Shown one piece after another: positions 25,145 through 38,633 of a DNA stretch of 64,000 bases (the stretch's first letter is position 1; each line of letters starts with the position of its first letter). The translations under genes and the position numbers were made by a program. The notes under the pieces are model-generated. The model saw only the letters and a list, made by a program, of their open reading frames with translations, ran no database searches and had not been told where the DNA came from. This stretch comes from Stylophora pistillata (lineage: Eukaryota): positions 156,394 through 220,393 of the forward strand of contig NW_019217828.1 in assembly GCF_002571385.2 (NCBI RefSeq), in the 5' to 3' direction.

Positions 25145-28100
25145 TTAATCCTTGATAGATCCCATTGGCGTTGCTTTACTGGTCTAAAGAGTAAAAAATA
25201 TTGGAAAAAGGAAAGAATGGCCATTAATATGAATGGATGTGACTTGCAATCAGTGCTTTAATTCACTACCCCCCCACACCCCCCCATTTATATCTTATAC
25301 CAAAAGAATGACCAAAAGGGGGTTTCTCCTTACATTATCACTAAACATTTTCAAGCAGAAAGGTGACAAAGAAAAGGGAAAATATTGTTTGGAGAATATT
25401 GTTTGATTTACCACCAAATTCTCAGAGCTAAAGTGATTATATGTGTATGATAGACAGATGAACCTCTCTTCCCATGACTGCAGTATTACCATCTGATGTT
25501 CTACATAAGTTCTAAGTATGTGCAACACACACTTTTGGAAAGTTATCTCATGAAAATCTGTACAGTTTCAAATCAAAATGGGGGAAAAATATTCTTACAA
25601 GGTCATGTAAGTTATTACTCCTATATAACATTAATAATATTAACATTGGAGGTCCAACAAAGTCAGCAAAGGTTTGGATTTTTATCCTTCCTGTGCTAGA
25701 GAGCTGGGCAAACATGTACTAGTATGCTTACTTTGTTAGTTGAGTAGACTTTTTCTTATATGTTTACATTCATTTCAGGACTCATCACTAACTTTTCAAC
25801 TTACTAGCCAAGCAGCTGGTGACAACTTAGATTTTACAACAATTTCAGTTTGTTTACAAGCCAAACTGGCTAGTGAAATTGAAAATCACTTGCCAAAACT
25901 GAATTTCTACTAGTCTGTGGCTAGTGGGCTACTGTTAGTGTGAAGCCCTGCATTTACCTGTATAATGGCTATGATGACCCCAAATAACCCAATAGCACTT
26001 CCAAAGATCTCCACTATCAAAACCTAAAACACAAAGCCAACTAAGAGTTTTTTTTTTCCTTTGGTAAACATAGTCTGAGGAAAGGATGAGCAAAAATTTT
26101 CTCAGAACATGGCCCTTGGCTAATTGAAAAAGATAAGTTCTTTACTTTTAATCATTTAGATTGCTATCAATATCATACAGTGACTATCACCAAATCTAGA
26201 GGCAATCAAACATGGGGTATAAACTTATCATACCTTGACAAAGAGAGATGAATTCTGGGCATCAGCAAGAGCGGCACCACTGAAACAGAAATAAGAAAAA
26301 ACAAATGTCTCAACCAAAGTTTCATAAAAAAAAAAAAAAAAAACAGCCATTGTTGTTGCTCACATCAATTCTTCTTTCAGGAAAAATGCTTAAGTGCACC
26401 TCCTTCAACTTGTTCCAAAATTCTTATTTTCAATCAATACTTTCCTTTGAAAATCAAGCACCTAAAATTTCTAGGAACCCCTCACTTTCCCAGACAACAA
26501 GTTCAGTATTCCCATTCATCACTTACCTTCCAACAATACCCACACAAATACCACAGAAAAGATTTGAAAATCCAACTGTCAACCCAGCAGCAAAAACCAG
26601 AAATCCTGGAAAAGTATTTACAAACAAAGAGATCAGTTTCAAACCAAACCAAACACTCTCTATAACGAGAGCTGAAATTCTTCCACCTCCAAAAAATTCA
26701 ATTTTTGGTGGATGCTTTCTTTTGGAAATTGTGTCTCTTCAGATGAACTGCCCAGCTACCAAATTTCCATTTGCAACCAAAACTGAATATCATGAAAGTT
26801 TACATAAAATCACCTGTTGTATGAATTTTTTGTATTGCCTCTTGGGTTTTGAAGCCAGTGATATCTACAGCCTGCAATCAGTAGAAAAGACAAAGACTTT
26901 ATTCCACTCAAGTAACACATCCTGTATTGTGAAAGATAAGAAAGATAGAAACTAAATATTTCCCCTTTTAATCAAGCACAATTTTGAGCAGTCAGAATTA
27001 GTTATATATAAAGGGTATATGTTCTTCCAGAGGAAAGGCATCACAGTTATGTACACAACTCACAGCATTGGTAATTGTGAAATAGACCCTGAAACAATTC
27101 AGACTTGAACAGGATTCAAAGTCATCTGCATTCTGTCATACTGGTCTAATGCTCTCGGGTTAGTTGTTAGAGAACTGCACTGGTTACATGAACAATTACT
27201 TATGGCTTATCATGACTGTCAATTTGAACTTAACCTGTTGCTTTGATTTTAAACTGCAACTGTTTTGAACTCATGATCAAAGGTAAAGAATTCGAACCCT
27301 AGGCATCAACACAGGAAATGGAAGAGTTTACTGTTTGCACTCCTTTCACAAAAGTCAAATTCTGGTACACTCTTCTCCTGGTGGTTACACGATTATCTAA
27401 TCTTTACACACCAAAGGGCATATTTAAATGCCTCTAGTTCCCTTGGGATTAGCCCAGTCCCCACACAAATGAACTACCAAATGAGCAAATCAGTAACAAT
27501 TTCAAAACCTTGTTTTAGAAAGTGTTATGGCATCACTTTTTCCTTACCGAAATGTAGTTAGACATAACAATTGACATGATGATTCCATAAATTGCAACGG
27601 CCTCACAGAAGATAATACTACAAAGGGAGAATGGTAAAGGCTTACTTTTCATGATATATTATCACCAGATACAAAAATACACTTTTCTAATAGCATTCAA
27701 CATCTACATTTTATAGTCAAAATAATAAAAATTCTCATAAGGAATTAAATTAACCCTTTTCAACTCCTATCTTTGCTAATACTGGCATCTGAATAAAAAC
27801 TGGGACTGGTCAACCAAAGTCCCTCAAGGGGCCTTGATCTCAATATGACAAGTCTGCTTGTGGATTAGAATTTATTTTCTTGCTTCAAAATCTTAGGAGA
27901 GATATTAGCATAAATTGACGACCATTACTTTTTGTGTCCCAAGTAGAATATTTAATGAAGCCTGTCAACAGATTCTTACAGGCATGGGTGCAGATGGTGA
28001 TGTGAAAAATACATGTGCAAATGTGAGCTGCTAATTGTGCAACAAATTGATATCTGCCCTATGCCAAAATCCTCTGCATAATGAATGACATGACATTTTA

Positions 28101-31100
28101 CCTGATAAGGTTCTTGGTTTTGATTCTTGGTGCTTTAACACCTCCTCCACAAATACTTGAACCTGTGATGAGAATTCCCCTTGAAAAAACAAATACAGAA
28201 CAAGGTAATTAAGGTGATTAACTAGACTGAAGCAGTCAACTATTGATTAGTTTCATTTCTATATTGCTTGCACTGTTCAGTGAGCTTTAATTTTTAAAAC
28301 AAACCTTGCTGTGTCACCATTCTACTAGTAATAACAAGCAGTGCTTCTTATGAATAGTGTTTGATTTGGAAAATTTTGTACCTCCTAGAGACAGCTGTTT
28401 AGCCAAACTAGTGATAACTTAAGGTTACTTCCTACCTTTAGAGGCCGAAAAAATCTTTTTTTTTTTTTTGGACTGGATTGAAGTTAGACATTTTAACTAA
28501 CATTTACAGAAAAAAAAATTTATAAATCTCAAAAAGCGTCTGACTCATTTAGGAAAACGTATTTTCAAATAAAAGTTAATAAATCAGGAAGGTGTCATAA
28601 TCTCGTAAATGGGCGAACCCCCCGGGGGAATGTTCCTGGCAATTTCAAGTCGTTTGCATATTTTGTTTACATCGCGCACTTGACAAAACTCACACATGGG
28701 AGTTATCTGCTTGTGGAAAGTCTTTTCTCATGGATAAAATACATAACTCAAAATTAGAGAGGAGTCCTTGGGTAAAAAAAAAGAAAAAATGAAAACAGTG
28801 AGTTCTAATTATACATGAATTTACACAAAGCAGTGGAAAGAGTGTGTAGTAGCCAAAGGAGCTTTTTTTTTTTTTTTTTGGACTAGATTGAAGTTAGACG
28901 TTTCAACTAACGTTTACAGAAGAAAAAATTTAAAAAACTCAAAAAGTGTCCGACTCATTCAGAAAAACGTATTTTCAAACAAAAGTTAATAAATCAGGAA
29001 GGTGCCATAATCTCGTAAATGGGCGAACCCCCCAGGGAAATGTTCCTGGCAATTTCATGTCGTTTGCATATTTTGTTTACATCGCGCACTTGACAAAACT
29101 CACACATGGGAGTTATCTGCTTGTGGAAAGTCTTTTCTCATGGATAAAATACATAACTCAAAATTAGAGAGGAGTCCTTGGGCAAAGAAAAAAAAAAAAT
29201 AACAGGCCCAAAGAAGAGAGAAATGGCAACATTTTGTCAAAAAAAAACAGTCCTTGCTAAAAGCAACAAGGGCTCCTGGTTTGGCCAAGAGCCTTCGACA
29301 AGCTCAGCATCTACTGAAGATTGGCAGCATTTGATTATCCTTGGGGCTCGCAGCTTAAAAATTAAAGTCAACACCACAGAAGGTTGTAAACAAGATTCTT
29401 CATCGGAATCTGACGAGACCGATGGAGAAAAAGAAGAATGCGACAGATTTACCCTTTCTGCCACAAGTTTTTACTTCACTTTGTCCATTACTAAACGAGC
29501 AACAGAGCAAGATAAAAAAACGTGACTGCTACACGATACTTTTCCCAGGAAAATCTTTATCCATTGTCATTGATGCCAGGAGGCCTCGTCTTCTCATTGG
29601 TTTGCGGTTTCAGGAGGTGAGATAATCTCCTGGTGTGGTGCTAGTTGTTTACAAACCTTTAGGAGCTAAAGTCTCGCATTTGATTTTGAGAGGAATACAT
29701 CATTTTACGCGAATTTACAGGGTATGTAGATTTGACTGATTTTGTGAAATTTCGCCAAAACAATCCTGGAATGACGACGAACAAAAGAGTGTCAGGAAAT
29801 TTTGATATGTGAAATATTTTTTACATGGTGTCCATTTATGCAACACACTTCGCATATTTTTTGCTACTCTAACTTTAGATGTGAATATCTAGACAACCAA
29901 TCAGAATATCGAGAAAGCCTGACACACTTTTGTTGAATGAAGCCTTCTGAATGAGACTGTGCAGCCATTTTTCTCGTGCCGCAGGATCTGATACCCAATA
30001 AATTCAATAGAAGGACCCTTGGTCATTTCATGCCTTACCGGCTCCTGACACTTCCTAAATGAAAAATTCACCTAAACTATATTTTCAACATAAACTGCAT
30101 TTATTAAGCTTTGTTTTAATGTATAGTTTGTTAGGGTTTTCTTCAAACTAGCGCATGTACGAATTTTTTCCCCAAGGACACCCGCGAGGGTAGGAAGTAA
30201 CCTTAACTTTAAGGATGATTCTAACCTTTTACTCATGGAAAGTTTCTGCTTTTTGAGTGATTAATCTGTGACTCCTGAGAATAATCTTCCCCCTAAATGT
30301 TACTCATCTGTCTTTGATTAGTTAAGAGAATTTAATGCTTTATCAAGATGACAGCCCCTAACTGATGGGTTTGTCTCTCTTCTTTATCTGTTAGCAAGGT
30401 AATGTATTGAAGTTGTGAGGTGTAGTTGCATGTTAATTAACAATTGGTTCATGCTTTAGCATGCACTATCGAGTTATGGAGCACGCGGGAAGTTTGGAGA
30501 GCATGAAAGAAGCGTAAGAGTTGCCTGAAGCGATAGCCGAGGGCAACTCTAGCTTCTTTGAGTGCTCTCCAAACTTCCCACGTGCTCCATAACTCGATAG
30601 TGCACAGCTGAAAGCATGAACCAATTGTTTTAAAACATAGCTGGTGGAATTGTGCATCAAATCCGACACAAAAAACGGACCACAATATCAGTTGAAGCGA
30701 ATCGTGACAGCGCTGATGCCGAGTCTCCTTTTCCTTTGTTTTTCTCTTTTTCTGCCTCATTTAAGAACTCTAGCCCAAGGGAAAAGGTCCAAACATCGTC
30801 TTTGTTTTCGGACTAGTTGGCCGAGTTTCTGTTTGTATCCATTATTGTCACGAAATATATTATTTTTCCCCGCGCTAACAATGGCCTCTTGCGCGAAAAA
30901 AAAAAAATTTCTGGCGAAGTCGGATTTGCTGACGCTATCAGCGTGCACTATCGAAATTTTGAGCATGCTTGCGTATAATGAATTTGATTGCGTGACTCTG
31001 CTAGCTATGTTCTAATCACTTCTGGTAGTACAAAAAGAGCTTACCATGCGGCACCAACCACAGACAGGGAAATTGCCAGTCCTATACCAAGAGATGCCCA

Positions 31101-31947
31101 CATGAATGGGGATGTCTCCTCCAAAAACCTGGTAAATGGCAAATTCTTCAAATTGAAGACTATGTTTCTTTCTTTGTCCCAAGCCTGGATTTCATACCAG
31201 GAACAATCCAATGCAACTTAACCCTTTCTTTAAATTCAATTGAGTTTGGCAAGCAAATGATAGATTAGGCAAACTGTAATCTGCATATTATTTGTGTATA
31301 GCATTGATTGATTCCCACAGCCTTTACAAAACACAGGGTACTATGGATTGCTTTTTAAGTGTGCTTTGAAGAATAATGAATGGGACGATATATATGTAAA
31401 AACTGTGAGTAAACAGAATGTAAACTGGTGACTATGCAATTTGCAGTTTTGCCTGATTACAAAAATAGAAACCGAACTGTATGAAACTAAAAGGAACGTT
31501 ATCAGAACATGATCTTTAATTCACTTTGTTACATCGTTAAATTAAGTTTCAGATTAGTTCTGACTCCTGTTACTAAATATACGTATGAATTCTAGGGGTT
31601 AACGATGCAACCAAATTACTGTGTCACCAATTCAAAGTGCTACATGTACTTTCGCAGACAAATGCGAGTCACAAATTTCTGCAACTTGAAGCATCATGAA
31701 ATTTGAATCAGAAAGGAAACTTTCCAACAACTTACCATCCTATATCAAATCTTGTTCCAAGACCGGAGAGATTGTAGTACAATCCTGTAGGAAATTAAAT
31801 AACATAATTAGGCCGCCATCTTGGATGTTTCGCAAGGACACCAGTGCCCACAAAAATCAGCAGCTTACCGACACAAATCAGGATAAAAAGGCTCAAACTG
31901 TACACTACAGAATAGTAGCCTAGATTGTTGCTCGCCACGTAAGGCAT
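25145..31947 (-). CDS. ATP6V0B: V-type proton ATPase 21 kDa proteolipid subunit c'' (10 exons, 215 aa)
   Basis: Exons 31869-31947, 31736-31784, 31045-31128, 28102-28179, 27548-27617, 26814-26871, 26527-26605, 26234-26279, 25958-26023 and 25145-25183 are all GT-AG, in phase, and total 648 nt. Motifs: [68 protein letters not shown]. Confidence 0.96.
25776..25950 (-). mobile_element. hAT-like MITE with 5-bp TSD (CATTT), same family as 5159-5334
   Basis: CAGGACTCATCACTAAC...GTTAGTGTGAAGCCCTG; CATTT at 25771-25775 and 25951-25955; partial third copy at ~55250-55334. Confidence 0.8.
28423..30202 (+). mobile_element. Non-autonomous Kolobok-like DNA transposon in ATP6V0B intron 3
   Basis: TTAA|GGTTACTTCCTACC ... 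GGTAGGAAGTAACC|TTAA (14-bp TIR, TTAA TSD, RR..YY ends); internal ~300-bp direct duplication. Confidence 0.78.
30437..31015. mobile_element. Element with ~190-bp hairpin (30439-30629), possibly Crypton-related
   Basis: AACAATTGGTTCATGC...GCATGAACCAATTGTT imperfect palindrome; an arm fragment recurs near 30940-30970. Confidence 0.6.
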
Positions 31948-32118
31948 TACTGATTTTTAAAGGTTTAAAAATAAAGTTTTCCTAGAAATGACTCATTTCG
32001 ACTCATGTGACAAAAAACGACTAAGGCAGATGTTGCATATGTAACCTGGTTTTTTTAGATATATTCGGCCCAGTTTTGCGCGGTCAAATCAAGTACAGTC
32101 GTCTGCCGATCCGACCGA

Positions 32119-32197
32119 TCCTGTTGAAACATAAAACATCCTGTTGAAACATCCTTTTGAAACATCCTTTTGAAACATCCTGTTGAAACATAAAACA
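32119..32197. repeat. 13-bp unit tandem array (CCT(G/T)TTGAAACAT) x5 upstream of ATP6V0B
   Basis: Direct read. Confidence 0.8.
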
Positions 32198-32599
32198 AAA
32201 CGATCCAAGATCTTGAGTCGGGCTATAGGTAGACGTGCTGTTATGAGTGTTGCCCATTCGTGGTGCGCAGAGGTTCTAAAAGAAATACTAAGAGGTACCA
32301 AGGTCCTGGTTTATGGGCGTAGCATAAAATTTTTTTTCATCCCTGAAAGACACCAATTCTACAACAACACACTGTCATATATTTTTGGTGCAATACCCTA
32401 AAAGGTATCACAGGAGCTGCTGCTGTGGACTTTTTGAGGCTAAACAGCCTAAGGGGTACCAAGCCCACCTTTTTTAACCCCTAAAGGCTACAACGAGCAC
32501 CCCAATCCTTTTTATTTAAGGAGTCCCCCTTCTCAAGGGTGATAAGTACATGCCGATTGATGTGTGTGTTAAAAAAGATATATTATGAAATTGTAATCG

Positions 32600-35485
32600 T
32601 AATGATCTGAAAGCAAGGAAGTATATTTCATCGTCAAAACATTGTATACACAGCATACCAGTAAAAACCTTCCCTGATTTTCTCTTGGAATTAATTAATG
32701 CAGATATCAATAGTTGGGATTGTCTCCCTCTTGTGCTGTTGTCTAACTTTGAATTTGATTTTGTTTCTAAAATATATCTGTTGCAGTCTTTTCATTTTTG
32801 GAGCGGGTTCCAAATTATCATAACTATATTTTCGTCTGTGCTTTTGCATGTGTCTGATTTGATGAAGGTCCATGTTAGATGTGCAAGACAAAAATTGCAT
32901 TTCGTAGTGAATAATACCCGTTTTAAGTTTCTTTGTAACAATGTTAGAAATACCTTGTACTCATGATGGTATACCACTTATTTTTATTTGTTATATTGCA
33001 GGTTCACAAGTATCTTCATAGGTCAAGGAGAACATGTACTTGCTCTGACTGTTTTAGAAAAATACAAGTAATACCTAACAGTAACTTGCAAGCCACAATA
33101 AAAAACCCTGTATTTCCTCTGTAGCTATTGAAAATTAAGTTTTCCAACTTTCTTTTTTGAATTGTTTAAACCACTGGACAAAATCCCAAAGCTATAAGCT
33201 TTAATTTGGACTGATATCTCAGCTCCACAAATATTAATACTCGTGTATAAATCTGCCCTTTTTAGATGCCTGTTGATGCCCATGTTACTGTTGTGATATT
33301 GAACTTTGATCTTATGTGTCATGCGCGTGTGTTGTTCGGTATTTAGGCATACGCACTGGAGGAATGAGGGGGAGAATAAAACATGGCAGTTTATGAACGC
33401 AAGCATGTTGTTGTCTCTTGAATAACTCGACAGTTATGACATGATTTTATTTTCTCAGTCAGCCATGCAACATAGGGTTATGGAATTCTAATAACTACAA
33501 GACTTTGCTACTGAGTAACAGATTGCATAAAGCCCTACAGCAGAGCATTGTTTACAAGAGTAGTTGTGTTCTTCTCTCAAACTGTTCACTGCAGTTATTT
33601 CATATGTACTTATCTGCACTCCTCTGAGTTCATAACTGTCATCGAGGTAGTCTATAGTCTGGAAATAGTGTCTGTACTAAGCCTTGAATAGATGGTACTT
33701 CTAATAGTACACATGTACCTGAGGGATGGCTTCTACCATATTCATCTCTTGTATGAGAATCAAATATCTTTTAACTCCCATTATCAGTACAATAGATACT
33801 GACACTGTTTACATTCTATTGTTGGAATAAATAAAGAGTAATTTTGTGATATGAGTGATTCAAAAGCCCTTTCTGTAGACATACTGTACTGATATTCCTC
33901 AATTATTGAATCACAATAATGTAGATTACCAGTGTAGCTTTCACTTTACTTAAGCTGGTAATTTTTCTCAGACAAAGCAATCATTGACAGTAATTCTGTT
34001 TGCATTAAATACAACTGCCCAGTACATGTTGACAGTCTTGAATACAATTGATTACCCATCTCCAAAATTTGTACCAGGTATATACTCCTTTTATCTTATT
34101 ATAAATCAGAGCAATCAAACTCATAGCAACACATTGTTGTCCAGCATTTTCATCAAAGTACATAATATCACCTTGACTATAATGGTACCTTGATTGTTAG
34201 AATAGGATCAATACCATGTTTAGGAGACCCACAATTTGTTTAAATGTCATTGCACACATTCAGTGTGGCACAATGACCTCTGCGGGTCGCATTCTTGTAC
34301 ACACTTGTTAAGGTATTACAGCTCTACAAAGATAGATATTTGCTCAAAGAGTCTCTACAACTCAACAATTTTCTATTCAGTGTTGACTGTAATGCTATTT
34401 CTCTCTCATCTTTTGTACAAACTGGATACTGTCATTACTGCTCCTTTTTCTGAGTCTGCATTTGATGTAGCAATACATTTTTGATGAGATAGGAATGTTT
34501 TTAAGAATTCCCCCGCACATCAGTTTCTTTATTTATTTGTTTTTACGTGAAAGCTTTTCTAGTCTTTTTAACTGGCATTCTGCTATGCTCACGATGGAAT
34601 CGTCTTCGTACATGGTACTCACCACTGTTAATATCACAACGATTAACAAACACCGAATGTTGAGATCCCAATTATTCTGCATATTTTATTTCTTTTGCAA
34701 TATCATTTTGTTGTGCACACAACGCTGATTCGTCACACTTTTGTTCTATGCATGGCGCTACTTTGTCCAAATTATACTTCATCACATTCATTTGACACCG
34801 CGTTATTTGGTACCAGAAAAACATTCCTGCATAACAAAAACGTGAATTTAATATTCGCACAAAAGCGACATAACTAATGGAAAGAACAGAAAAATCACAG
34901 CGGATAATATACTCTGTTTGAGCAAAAGCATAACAAATGTAAGCTTAATAATCACGATAAAGGTCACATAAATATAACAATTACGTTTATCCTCACTCTG
35001 ATGAAAGTCCGACATGGTATCTTTGTTGTCGTTTCCCAGAGTTTAATCTCGAGGCACCTTGTATTTATCAACAAATGTTCTCCTGTCACTCTGTCCACAT
35101 TTTCTGTTCACTGATAACTCATTTGATAATTTTCTGGTTTGATTCTAAAGAGAGCTTCGCTAAATCGTTTGATTCTTTGCTATTTTTTAAAGTTCCCGAA
35201 ACGAACGGTTCTAAATATACGCTCATTACACACGCCACCTTTTAGAGTGGGTCTACCGCGAACGGTGAGTGGGTCTGTACGTTTGAGAGTAGAAAAGATG
35301 ACACAAATTGTTAACAGATTCGACATATCCGCCATCTTTGAAATCGTGGAAAAAAGGTTGCGCCTTTATTATTACATGTCTGCGGTATTCCCCATTGCAC
35401 GTGACGGTGTTTTGTGGAGAAACCCTGTGGTAAACCTGTAGTCGGTCAGGAGCCCAATGGGCTCCTGTCGGTCGCCCTACTAATA
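32600..35485 (-). pseudogene. Decayed Helentron/Helitron-like polyprotein 5' part with herpes-tegument-type (C76/VTD) deubiquitinase domain(s)
   Basis: Frame-hopping translation gives NDI*TNCGS, YSQGDIMYFDENAGQQCVAMSLIALIY, LVQILEMGNQLYS, KIFDSHTRDEYGRSHPSGTCVLLE, YELRGV, a second KQCSAVGLYAICYS, and IDICIN*FQEKIREG. A terminal hairpin CAGGAGCCC-AAT-GGGCTCCTG lies at ~35447-35467. Confidence 0.7.
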
Positions 35486-35645
35486 ATGGAGTGAACTCGC
35501 CCAGTTTGAATTTTTATTAACTCACACCTAAAGAGTATTGACTCTCTTTCTCACTTCATTTTCTTTTTTCTCCCAAAAGTGAAACATGTGCGAAAGATAT
35601 TTTGAATCTAAACCATTAACGAATAGTGGTGTGGATCTGAAAAGA

Positions 35646-35869
35646 TTCTCGAAAGTCCCGGTAAATTAACGGGCCCGTAAAGCTGTTCTGTTTTCATTCA
35701 AAATGGGGATTTCAAACATTTTGAAAATGATACAGTAAAGCTAACAGTTAAAGAAACAAAAAGGACTGGTTTGGGTGCCAGAAATTGCTTTCCTATTCTT
35801 TAAATATTGATTTTAAAACATGGCTTCGGACCCGTTAAGTTAGTGGGACTTTCGAGAAACGGGCCCCAG
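35646..35869. mobile_element. Harbinger-like MITE (left TIR truncated)
   Basis: TTCTCGAAAGTCCC ... GGGACTTTCGAGAAACGGGCCCC. Confidence 0.6.
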
Positions 35870-37472
35870 TCCACTCTATTTCATTTTCCGATATCTTTAT
35901 TGTTCAAATTCAAGACCATTCATATTTCGGTCTAGGATGTCAACACGACAAGAAAAATAAAGCTTTTCTGATCCGATAATTATCAACATTTTCAATAAAT
36001 GGCATCTCGAGTACTCCAAGCTGAATTATGTTATAAAACTCACCCACAAAAAGACTGAATTACCAAAATAGTGAACATTTTTAATACGACTTCAATCGGT
36101 ATGTTTTGATGCAAATTGACGGGGTAAACTGTACTACTGCTCTCACACACAGTCAAGTATGATGGCAAACAAATTAAAAGCATCAAAGCTTTTTGACAGG
36201 GATTTTGGACTGGAAGGCCAAGAACCATCTTTTCAACGCAGATATGCATAAACTAGGAGGAAACTCAGAATATTTAAACTTCAAAACTCTTCATCTGTGA
36301 AGTTTTCCAAAACCTCAATCAATTACGTTGACTAAGAACAGACAATTCCGTTTCGAAAAATAGAAAAGTCATTATATATACATGAAGGTTTTAGCGGCTG
36401 GTTTCGTTACTATGGAAGCCTGATTTGTCTGAAACACCTGTATCATAAGTTCGCCATTTTTTACCCGAGTTGAAGTTAAGAGCTGCTCTTTACTATACTT
36501 AACCAAGATAAAACTCCAGCAAACTTAAGTGGAAGAATACCAGAACTTATAGAAGGTAACTGAACGTTATTTTTGGCGAACCAATTTATTCTTAAGGTTT
36601 TTAATGCTAAATGTATGAACACTAAAAAAATTTGAACTCGCAATATCTAATCGCGTACGTTCGTCACAGAATTGTGATATCACATGTTATTTTAGACCAA
36701 AGTATTGTTACCGTATAAAAAAAGCAGCTCTTGGGAGCAGCTACAAAGAAGTGTTGAATCAATTCACTAAGATTTAAAATTCAAAATTCTCGGCAAGAAT
36801 GATTTAGACACGTTATAACAATTTTATTAAAAAAAGGCTCATTTGGAAAATGAAACGTCAGACTCCGACGTGGAATGATTAAGATACTGACGCAAATTCC
36901 ACCGTAAAGTCGTCGTTATAGCATTTCAGTTAGACTTAAGCAGACCGCGCGCGCCATCTATCGAAAAATCGCCGTAACTGAGTGATAAAAAGGACGAAAA
37001 AAAAAGCTTTTCTTTGAACACGAAGTACTTCACCTCTTTCTCTTATCTTACATATACTATTTATAAAATGTCCGGTAATAAAGCACCTTAGGGCTAGAAA
37101 ATGTCCGCTCTAAACTCTTCAAAGGAATACTCTACAATATCAATAGATTTTCTTACTGTAACTGTGTACGTTCTTAATAAGTCAGTCTAACTGACTGGTT
37201 AGATTGTTACGTCAACTAATTTAAAGATGTGTATTATTAGCAGAGTTTGTCCAATTAAGATGGCACCATCGCTTTCGAGTAGACTGAGACGAAAGAAGAC
37301 TAAATTGAAGGACAAAAAGAAAAACGAGGCCAATATTCAACTATCTTGACCTGACAAAATTGGTCAATACCTTATTAATTACAAGAGTTAAAGAATTAAA
37401 GACCGCGACGTCACTTTCACCTTTGATATTGTTATTTTCAGATTCCACTTCTGGTGTTCACAGAGTCAAGTT

Positions 37473-38633
37473 ATGGTGTTAATACGCAGGCGTCTTCTGT
37501 TCCACTTCTTAATTTTATTTCTCTTGCTTATAGGGGCTATTTTTATATACATGATACTTCAAACTAATCGTTTAGTAAGCCAGAAATCAAAAATTTTTGA
37601 AGATCAGCCGATCGTTCTCGACCAACAACAGGTCGACGAAGGAGTCCCAATGACGCAGATGGCATCCGCAATTCCGCCGACGACGAAACCCGACACAAGA
37701 CGACGAAGCTTGGTGATTTTCGGCGATGATCGTTCAGGCACGACACTGCTGACACAAATGTTTAGCCAAGATCTAGATATTTTCACAGTGTACGAACCGT
37801 TATGGATAACAAAAAAATGGAGTCAAACAGAGCCAGATAAAAATCTTTTAAAGGACGTTACAGAGGTGATAGGAGCGTTGATGACCTGTAATTTCGTGGA
37901 CAACCCAACTGCAATTAAATTTTTGTCCCATTCCTCCAAAAATTGGGCACCTGGATTATTTATGAACCCGTTCAAATCTAAACCAATATGTAATGATCCT
38001 GAAGCCTGTCCAAACCCTGGAACAATCCCAGATGTGGTGCAAAAAGCCTGTTTACATAATTACAAACACAGCGTCATAAAGGTGGCTATCGTTCGCGTAC
38101 CAGAAAGGAAACTCTCCAACATTTTTCAGAGGATAATAGAGGACAATCCAGATACGGTCATCAAATTTTTGCACGTTGTTCGCGATCCAAGAGGCAGCAT
38201 AAACTCCAGGATCAATTTAGGATGGATACCAGACGTTGACAAAGCAAAAAATTTTGCTTATTGGCCTCGGAGCACATGCGAAGGGATTCTACAGAATGTC
38301 AAGTTCGGGGCAAGTCTCCAAGGAAATTTCAAAGACCGCTATATGCTTCTTCTATACAAAGACATTGCATCTTCCCCTCTAGTGACAGCCATGAAGATTT
38401 ATAAGTTTGCTGGGTTTGAAATATCAGAAAGTATGATCAGATGGCTAAAGCAAGCAACAAACCCGAGCAAAGAGACTCTTGAACAAGAGGGGAAGCACGC
38501 TTTTTCATCGTTTCGCAATTCTACAGCCAATGTTGAGAGATGGCGACATGAGTCACCCGATAGAAGGGTTCGTATTATCGAAGAAGAATGTAGTGAGCTG
38601 ATGGATTTACTGCATCTAGAAAAACTGCCGTAA
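37473..38633 (+). CDS. Golgi carbohydrate sulfotransferase (CHST1/3/4/5-like), single coding exon
   Basis: Type II anchor (RRR + hydrophobic stretch); 5'-PSB DDRSGTT, YEPLW, 3'-PB VVRDPRGSINSR, RNST, WR; splice acceptor at 37441. Confidence 0.9.
   Translation: MVLIRRRLLFHFLILFLLLIGAIFIYMILQTNRLVSQKSKIFEDQPIVLDQQQVDEGVPMTQMASAIPPTTKPDTRRRSLVIFGDDRSGTTLLTQMFSQDLDIFTVYEPLWITKKWSQTEPDKNLLKDVTEVIGALMTCNFVDNPTAIKFLSHSSKNWAPGLFMNPFKSKPICNDPEACPNPGTIPDVVQKACLHNYKHSVIKVAIVRVPERKLSNIFQRIIEDNPDTVIKFLHVVRDPRGSINSRINLGWIPDVDKAKNFAYWPRSTCEGILQNVKFGASLQGNFKDRYMLLLYKDIASSPLVTAMKIYKFAGFEISESMIRWLKQATNPSKETLEQEGKHAFSSFRNSTANVERWRHESPDRRVRIIEEECSELMDLLHLEKLP

Noticed and set aside
26305-26955. 216-aa plus-strand ORF
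   Set aside because: It is the antisense shadow of ATP6V0B exons and introns, starts in a poly-A tract, and has no recognisable motif.
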